The notes beneath the pieces are model-generated. The model saw only the letters and a program-made list of their open reading frames with translations. It was not told the DNA's origin and searched no databases. Both the position numbers and the translations under genes were made by a program. A DNA stretch of 64,000 nucleotides from Longimicrobiales bacterium (GTDB taxonomy: Bacteria; Gemmatimonadota; Gemmatimonadetes; Longimicrobiales; Gaopeijiaceae), in contig CBDFMQ010000002.1 in the NCBI GenBank assembly GCA_965249725.1, positions 1,728,001 to 1,792,000 of the forward strand. The letters run 5' to 3'. The first letter of the stretch is position 1. Each line of letters starts with the position of its first letter. Shown piece by piece: positions 58,023 through 64,000 of this stretch.

Positions 58023-59426
58023 ATGATGACTAACGCTCATGGGACCTGGCTGGCGTGCGGCCTCCTTGCCGCGGCCTTCGCGCTCGGGATCGACGATCTC
58101 GGAGCACAAACACCGTCCAAACCGGGATCCGCAGAGATGCGGTTCTGGGATTGGACGAGCCTCGATTTCTCCGCAGAAGAGTACGCAGCTCGCCGCTCGC
58201 GTCTCCTGGACGGCCTGGCCGACACAGGCGGAGGCATCCTCATCATTCCCGGAGATCACGGCATCAGCCACGGCGTGACGTTCCGGCAACTCGACGACTT
58301 CCACTACCTGACCGGGCTCGAGGTCCCTGCTTCGATTCTGGCCCTCGATTCCGACCGGGGCGAAGTGATCCTCTTCACACCGCCTAGAGACGGGCGCTAC
58401 GAGAACCCCGGACGCCCCAACGACTTTCCCGGGCGGCCTCTCGGTGACGACCCCACGTTGAGCACGGTATCGGGCATCGAGGGCATCGTCGACGCTGAGA
58501 CCTTCGAGTCCCGCCTCGACGACTGGACGCGCGAAGGACGCCTGCTCCGCGTGAACGGAGGCCGACGAGGCGACTTGCCGTCCACGGAGACGGTGGCCCT
58601 GCCCGACTGGGATGCGGAGGACCTGCTTTTGCTGCACATCCGCACCGCACGGCCGAGCGCTCGTCTCGCCAACGCCTTCGAGCCGATCGCTCGGGTCCGC
58701 TCCGTGAAGGGCCCCAACGAGATCGACGCCATGCGCCGCAGCGCCGAACTCACGGCCCGCTCGATCCGCGAAGCGGCCGGATGGGTGACGGCAGGAGTCG
58801 ACGAGCGCACCCTGGAGGGTCACTTCCAGCTCGGCTGCAAGAAGGGTGGCTCCCAGCGCGTACCGTTCCACCCGATCGTGAAGTCGGGCCCAAATTCCCT
58901 ACGGCCCTGGCGGGTCCTGACAGCCCACTATGACCGACGCAACCGGCGCATGGAGAACGGCGATCTGGTCATCTTCGACGTGGGCTGCGAGTTGAATCAC
59001 TTCGTCAGCGACGTCGGACGCACCTTTCCGGTGTCGGGCCGCTTCAGCCCCGAGCAGCGGCGCGCCCTTGATCTCAGCACCTCGGTCTCCGACGCTATCA
59101 TCGCCGCGATCAAGCCCGGGATCACGCTCCTGGATCTGCAGGAGGTGGCCGAGAGCAATATCCCGAATGATCAGAAGAAGTACATGCAGACAGGGCTGTA
59201 CTTCGGTCACCACATCGGCCTCTCGACGGGGACCCCCGTTCTGACGGACGAGCCCCTGCAACCGGGGATGATCTTCACCGTGGAGCCCTGGTACTACAAC
59301 CACGACGACCAGATCTCCGTGTTCATCGAGGACGCAGTCCTGGTCACCGAGACCGGGGCGGAGGTGCTGTCCGACGACCTGCCGCGCAGCGCCGAGGAGT
59401 TGGAGAAGCTGGTACCGGCGAGGTAA
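58023..59426 (+). CDS. Xaa-Pro aminopeptidase (M24B), signal-peptide bearing
   Basis: FRQLDDFHYLTG, IFDVGCE, SDVGRTFP, GHHIGL, FTVEP and IEDAVLVT. Confidence 0.9.
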   Translation: MMTNAHGTWLACGLLAAAFALGIDDLGAQTPSKPGSAEMRFWDWTSLDFSAEEYAARRSRLLDGLADTGGGILIIPGDHGISHGVTFRQLDDFHYLTGLEVPASILALDSDRGEVILFTPPRDGRYENPGRPNDFPGRPLGDDPTLSTVSGIEGIVDAETFESRLDDWTREGRLLRVNGGRRGDLPSTETVALPDWDAEDLLLLHIRTARPSARLANAFEPIARVRSVKGPNEIDAMRRSAELTARSIREAAGWVTAGVDERTLEGHFQLGCKKGGSQRVPFHPIVKSGPNSLRPWRVLTAHYDRRNRRMENGDLVIFDVGCELNHFVSDVGRTFPVSGRFSPEQRRALDLSTSVSDAIIAAIKPGITLLDLQEVAESNIPNDQKKYMQTGLYFGHHIGLSTGTPVLTDEPLQPGMIFTVEPWYYNHDDQISVFIEDAVLVTETGAEVLSDDLPRSAEELEKLVPAR

Positions 59427-59479
59427 ACCTCGGCCTTGCCGAGGGCTGTAACCGCGGCTCCGCCGCGCGCTGTAAGCGG

Positions 59480-60727
59480 CTAACGACCGTGGGGTCGGAG
59501 CCGGTCCCAGTTCAGGGCGTTGTACTTCCTGAGGACCTCGAGCGTCTCGTCGAGGGGGATGGCTTCGAGGGTCCCGCGAGCGCTCGTGACGGTCGTCGCC
59601 TTGAACATGGCGTTGTAGATCGCCTCTTCCGTGGCTTCGGCGGCGGCAGCGAAGAGTGGTGACATCTGGGCGTTCAGGAGCGACTCCCCGGGCCAGGGGT
59701 CCCGATTGGACCGTACTCGACGTACCTCGGGCGATGTCGAGAACGAGATCACGTAGTCTCCCGAGCTATTCGACGCGTACGATCCGGTCCGAGCGAGTCC
59801 CATGATCACTCGTGCCGAAAGGCGCTCCAGGTTCATCGCAGTCAACGGCGCATCGGTGGCCAGCACCATCATGATCGAGCCCCCGTCGTGCGGCGAGAGA
59901 TCCGCTCCTCCCTCGGGGCTGGCGGTCGGGTAGGTAGGTGCTTCCTGCCCCGCGTCCCCACGTGACCCGCCCTCGAGCAGCTGGCTGTAGGGGTAGTTGC
60001 CGAGCTCCCGTCCGACGGGCGCACCGTTCATCTCAAGCACACCACCGAAGTTGGTCTGCACCAGGATGCCCACCGTGTATCCGCCCAACTCGGGCGGCAG
60101 TACCCGCGAACTCGTACCGATCCCACCCTTCCACCCGAACGCCTGCGAGCCCGTACCCCCTCCCACACTTCCCTCGGCTACCGGCCCGCCGGCCGCATTG
60201 TCCAACGCCTCCGCTACGTGCTCATAGCGGATGGGGTCCGCCCACATATCGTTTACCCGACTGTCGTTCACCTCGCCGACGATCGGGTTGATGGTGTGCT
60301 GAGATTCACCGGGGCGATGGAGGAGGTAGTCGGCCAAGGCCTCGGCTGCGTTCCAGACGCACAGCGTGCACACCAAGAGGATGGGGGTCTCGATCTCCCC
60401 GAACTCTCGTACCTGGGTCTCGCCGATGAGCTTGCCGTAGCCATTGCCCTGGTAGATCCACCCGGGAATGGGCTCACGATACAGGTCGCCCGGTGCGGGA
60501 ATGATCGCCGTGACGCCGGTCCGGATCGTCTCTCCCTCGATGACGGTGGAATGTCCTACCAGGACACCACCCACATCGGTGATCGCGTTGTGTTCTCCCG
60601 TCGGGAAGATGCCGACCACGAGGCCGGCCTCACGGGCGCGAGGGCGCTCTTGGGCTCCGGCAGGTCCGACTCCGAGCCACGGTACGGCCAGTGCCGCGGC
60701 GATGAGCAAAAATCCTCTGTCCCTCAT
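59480..60727 (-). CDS. DmpA/P1 (S58) aminopeptidase
   Basis: NAITDVGGVLVGH, NGYGK, EGSVGGGTG, GWKGGIGTSSR, QTNFG and GSIMMVLATDAPL (autocleavage G|S). Confidence 0.9.
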   Translation of the reverse strand: MRDRGFLLIAAALAVPWLGVGPAGAQERPRAREAGLVVGIFPTGEHNAITDVGGVLVGHSTVIEGETIRTGVTAIIPAPGDLYREPIPGWIYQGNGYGKLIGETQVREFGEIETPILLVCTLCVWNAAEALADYLLHRPGESQHTINPIVGEVNDSRVNDMWADPIRYEHVAEALDNAAGGPVAEGSVGGGTGSQAFGWKGGIGTSSRVLPPELGGYTVGILVQTNFGGVLEMNGAPVGRELGNYPYSQLLEGGSRGDAGQEAPTYPTASPEGGADLSPHDGGSIMMVLATDAPLTAMNLERLSARVIMGLARTGSYASNSSGDYVISFSTSPEVRRVRSNRDPWPGESLLNAQMSPLFAAAAEATEEAIYNAMFKATTVTSARGTLEAIPLDETLEVLRKYNALNWDRLRPHGR

Positions 60728-60734
60728 GACACCC

Positions 60735-61160
60735 TCACTTCTCGGGAGGTGGGTCGCCGTCGTCCGAGTGGGCTTCACGGTCGGCGGTCGGAGTCTTGGT
60801 CTCTCCAGTCCCGCTATCCTGCCGGCTAGAGCTGCCGACGCCGTACGTCACCGACGGGTAGAGCCGCGACCCCGTGGACTCCTCCCGGGCCCGGCTCAAT
60901 GACCGCAACCTAAAGAGGTGGGCCGTCGTGGAGAACAGCACCAGCGCCACGGTCGCCAGGCCCGCGGTACCGGGCACATTGATGGGGAACACCCCCGGCA
61001 CCGTCGTCCCCATGAGCACCAATCCCGCCAGCGCCTCAACCAGCGTCAGGAGCGCTACGCCGGCTCCGGCACGCTGTGTCGAACGGCCCTTCAGGACCGC
61101 CGACAGGAGCGCAAAGGCCCGGAACAGGAAGAGAAGACCTCGAAGCGGAAGTTCACCCAT
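60735..61160 (-). CDS. Hypothetical membrane protein
   Basis: Three hydrophobic segments; fits between co-oriented neighbours and ends 7 nt before the DmpA start. Confidence 0.5.
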   Translation of the reverse strand: MGELPLRGLLFLFRAFALLSAVLKGRSTQRAGAGVALLTLVEALAGLVLMGTTVPGVFPINVPGTAGLATVALVLFSTTAHLFRLRSLSRAREESTGSRLYPSVTYGVGSSSRQDSGTGETKTPTADREAHSDDGDPPPEK

Positions 61161-61240
61161 GCCCGCAAGGTGCCGCGGCGATCAGGACTAGTGCAAGCGA
61201 CCCGGTCGGCCTCGGACCGCACGTCGGTCTCCACCCCTAC

Positions 61241-62419
61241 CTAACGTGTGATCAGTAGAATCCGGTCGTCCTCGGCAGCGGGGGTCCCACGGCCGTCCCG
61301 GTTGCTGGTGGCCAGGTACACCTCGCCGGTCGGGCCCACCAAGACATCGCGCAACCGTCCGAACTCGCCCTGATACAGCGCCTCGCGACCCACAGCACGC
61401 TGACCGTCGGCGGAGAGTTCGATTCGATAGAGCGTCTCGCCGATGAGAGACGTCGTGAGAAGGCTCCCCTTCCATTCCGGAATCAGATCGCCGTCATAGT
61501 AGTCCAGGCCGGAAATTCCGATGGTCGGAGTCCACGCTTCCAGGGGCTCGACCACGTCGTTGCTCGCGCAGAAGGCCTCCTCCCCCGAGGTGTCTCCATC
61601 GCAGAAGCCATGCACGTCGGGCCACCCGAAGTTGCCGCCGCTCACGAGCCGACTGACCTCGTCGTTGTCGCTCGGGCCGTGCTCGGCCACATAGAGGTCA
61701 CCCGTGCTCGGGTGGAACACGATGCCCTGGGGATTCCGGTGGCCGAAGGAGTAGACCAGGGAACCGAACGCGTTGTCGGGAGCCGGAGCCCCGTCCAGCG
61801 TGAGGCGGAGTACCTTGCCGGCCAAGGACTCCAGATCCTGTGCCAGGTCGGTACGCCCCGCATCGCCCATCGTCATGTAGAGGTATCCGTCGGGGCCCAC
61901 CGTGAGGCGCGACCCGTCGTGGTTGCTACGACCCGGAATGTCGTCGATCAGGATCTCTACAGGACCAAGGTCAGCGCCGTCGTACCGCACCCGGATCAGT
62001 CGGTTTTGGATGTCGGTACGCGTTCCATAGGAATGGGCCAGGTAGAGGTACGGCTGATTCGAGAAGTCGGGGTGGAAGGCCATACCCATGAGGCCGCTCT
62101 CTCCCTGCTCCAGAACATCCACCTCACCCACCAGTGTGACCGCGCCGGTGCTCGGGTCGACCCGGGATACGAGACCGGGCCGCTCGGTCATCCAGATGGC
62201 ACCGTCGGGACCCCAGGCCAGATCCCATGGAGTATCCAAACCCGACACCAGCGTCTCGACACGCAGAGGCGAGGTCGTGACCACCGTGGTGGTCGGGGCC
62301 TCGGCGGGCGTCGTGCAGGACATGAGGATGGTGCCTGCGAGCGTGACAAGGCACAGCGCCCGGACCCGTTTGGCTAGCGGGGCGAGTCGATGACGTTGGT
62401 GATCTCGTTTCGTCATCAT
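61241..62419 (-). CDS. PQQ-dependent sugar dehydrogenase (glucose/sorbosone dehydrogenase family)
   Basis: LDTPWDLAWGPDG, GLMGMAFHPDF, HDGSRL, GHRNPQG, EHGP and GRLRDV. Confidence 0.9.
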   Translation of the reverse strand: MMTKRDHQRHRLAPLAKRVRALCLVTLAGTILMSCTTPAEAPTTTVVTTSPLRVETLVSGLDTPWDLAWGPDGAIWMTERPGLVSRVDPSTGAVTLVGEVDVLEQGESGLMGMAFHPDFSNQPYLYLAHSYGTRTDIQNRLIRVRYDGADLGPVEILIDDIPGRSNHDGSRLTVGPDGYLYMTMGDAGRTDLAQDLESLAGKVLRLTLDGAPAPDNAFGSLVYSFGHRNPQGIVFHPSTGDLYVAEHGPSDNDEVSRLVSGGNFGWPDVHGFCDGDTSGEEAFCASNDVVEPLEAWTPTIGISGLDYYDGDLIPEWKGSLLTTSLIGETLYRIELSADGQRAVGREALYQGEFGRLRDVLVGPTGEVYLATSNRDGRGTPAAEDDRILLITR

Positions 62420-62541
62420 TGGCTCCTCTGGCCGACGACGGGACATACCCGATTTATCGTGCATCTTAGCGGCGCTGGCAATGACCACTTCCCGTCCACG
62501 GCTTGCCGCGCCTCCGGCGTTTAGGGCAAACTGTCCAAATC

Positions 62542-62835
62542 ATGCCTCCACATGCCTCCCGAGAAACCAGCGCGAGCCCCACCGCATATTGGCGGCGCAA
62601 CCTCGCGTATGTAACGACCCTGCTGGTCGTCTGGTTCCTCGTCTCCTACGGGGCCGGAATCCTGTTCGTCGACCAACTCAACGCCATCCGGATTCCCGGC
62701 ACGGGATTCCCCCTCGGCTTCTGGTTCGCGCAGCAGGGCTCCATCTACGTGTTCGTCGTTCTGATCTTCGTCTACGTAGTCCTCATGAATCGCCTGGACC
62801 GGAAGCACGGTGTCGACGAGGAGGTGGACGGATGA
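62542..62835 (+). CDS. Sodium:solute symporter small subunit (DUF4212-like)
   Basis: YWRRNL, GFPLGFWFAQQGSIYVF and MNRLDRKHGV. Confidence 0.88.
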   Translation: MPPHASRETSASPTAYWRRNLAYVTTLLVVWFLVSYGAGILFVDQLNAIRIPGTGFPLGFWFAQQGSIYVFVVLIFVYVVLMNRLDRKHGVDEEVDG

Positions 62836-64000
62836 ACGTCCAGGCTTGGACCTTCGTCCTCGTAGGGCTTTCGTTCGCCCTCTACATCGGAGTGGCCATC
62901 TGGTCGCGAGCACACTCCACCAAGGAGTTCTACGTGGCCGGCACCGGGGTCTCGCCCCTGGCCAACGGCATGGCCACCGCCGCCGACTGGATGTCCGCCG
63001 CATCGTTCATCTCCATGGCCGGCCTCATCTCGTTCCGCGGTTACGACGGCTCGGTCTACCTGATGGGTTGGACGGGCGGCTACGTCCTCCTCGCTCTTCT
63101 GCTGGCTCCCTACCTACGGAAGTTCGGGGCCTACACTGTGCCCGACTTCGTGGGTGACCGCTACTACTCGCAAACGGCCCGGGTCGTGGCCGTGGTGTGC
63201 GCCATCTTCGTGTCGTTCACCTATGTGGCCGGCCAGATGCGGGGTGTGGGCATCGTCTTCGGGCGGTTCCTCGAGGTCCCAGTGGAGATCGGCGTGCTCA
63301 TCGGCATGGGCATCGTGCTCTTCTACGCGGTACTCGGCGGAATGAAGGGCATCACCTACACGCAGGTAGCCCAATACTGCGTATTGATCTTCGCCTACCT
63401 GGTGCCGGCCATCTTTCTGTCGCTTCTCATCACCGGCACGCCGATCCCTCAACTGGGCTTCGGCGGAGTGGACCAGGCGAGCGGGACCTTCTTGCTCGAC
63501 CGACTGAACGGCCTGCACCAAGAGCTCGGATTCACGCCGTACACATCAGGGACCAAAGCCACGATCGACGTGTTCGCCATCACGGCCGCGCTCATGGTGG
63601 GCACGGCGGGGCTGCCCCACGTCATGGTCCGCTTCTATACCGTGCCACGAGTGCGTGACGCGCGCCTCAGTGTGGGGTGGGCGCTCGTCTTCATCGCACT
63701 GCTGTATACGGCGGCGCCCGCCGTAGCAGTATTCGCGCGTACCAATCTCTTGAACACGGTATCCGAGCAGCCGTACGCCGGGATGCCGGAGTGGTTCACG
63801 AAGTGGGAGGAAACGGGCCTCATCTCCTTCGACGACAAGAACGGAGACGGACGCATTCAATTCGTGGGACCGGATGCCCGCGACGCCGGAGGAGGGGCGC
63901 TCCAGAACGAACTCACCATCGATCAAGACATCATGGTGCTGGCCAATCCCGAGATCTCGGGGCTTCCGAACTGGGTCATCGGGCTGGTGGCCGCGGGGGG
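62832..64000 (+). CDS. Sodium:solute symporter (ActP-like), 3' end runs off the window
   Basis: Manual translation MNVQAWTFVLVG...NGMATAADWMSAASFISMAG...GGMKGITYTQVAQY...GTAGLPHVMVRFYTVP. Confidence 0.9.
   Translation, partial: MNVQAWTFVLVGLSFALYIGVAIWSRAHSTKEFYVAGTGVSPLANGMATAADWMSAASFISMAGLISFRGYDGSVYLMGWTGGYVLLALLLAPYLRKFGAYTVPDFVGDRYYSQTARVVAVVCAIFVSFTYVAGQMRGVGIVFGRFLEVPVEIGVLIGMGIVLFYAVLGGMKGITYTQVAQYCVLIFAYLVPAIFLSLLITGTPIPQLGFGGVDQASGTFLLDRLNGLHQELGFTPYTSGTKATIDVFAITAALMVGTAGLPHVMVRFYTVPRVRDARLSVGWALVFIALLYTAAPAVAVFARTNLLNTVSEQPYAGMPEWFTKWEETGLISFDDKNGDGRIQFVGPDARDAGGGALQNELTIDQDIMVLANPEISGLPNWVIGLVAAG

Overview
A GC-rich, gene-dense bacterial window. The gene style (many signal-peptide/Tat-bearing peptidases, DUF5916, DUF305/LVIVD, DUF4837) suggests Gemmatimonadota, which is an inference only. 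Most of it is housekeeping or nutrient scavenging: transporters, S9/M28/M24/S58 peptidases, a GMC oxidoreductase pair, sahR-like regulator plus ahcY, dnaE, a pst operon and a sodium:solute symporter. The accessory elements are a Phd-VapC toxin-antitoxin pair, a DUF222/HNH gene flanked by hairpins and tandem repeats, and a ~10 kb block at 20.3-30.1 kb. In that block a complete 1958-bp IS1595-family element (perfect 26-bp TIRs, 8-bp TSD CATGATTC, passenger ORFs) splits a B12-binding radical SAM gene. That gene heads an apparent operon: radical SAM, Ser/Thr kinase-STAND NTPase (frameshifted), permuted NlpC/P60 (YiiX-like) enzyme, NAPE-PLD-like metallo-hydrolase. This operon is the best candidate for an undescribed (possibly lipid-signalling) system. 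Other highlights are two PstB ATPases with complementary degenerate motifs, a PhoU fused to a catalytically dead ArsC/LMW-PTP domain, and a small Tat-like peptide with a (GM)n tract. All family assignments come from motif recognition by eye, not database searches.
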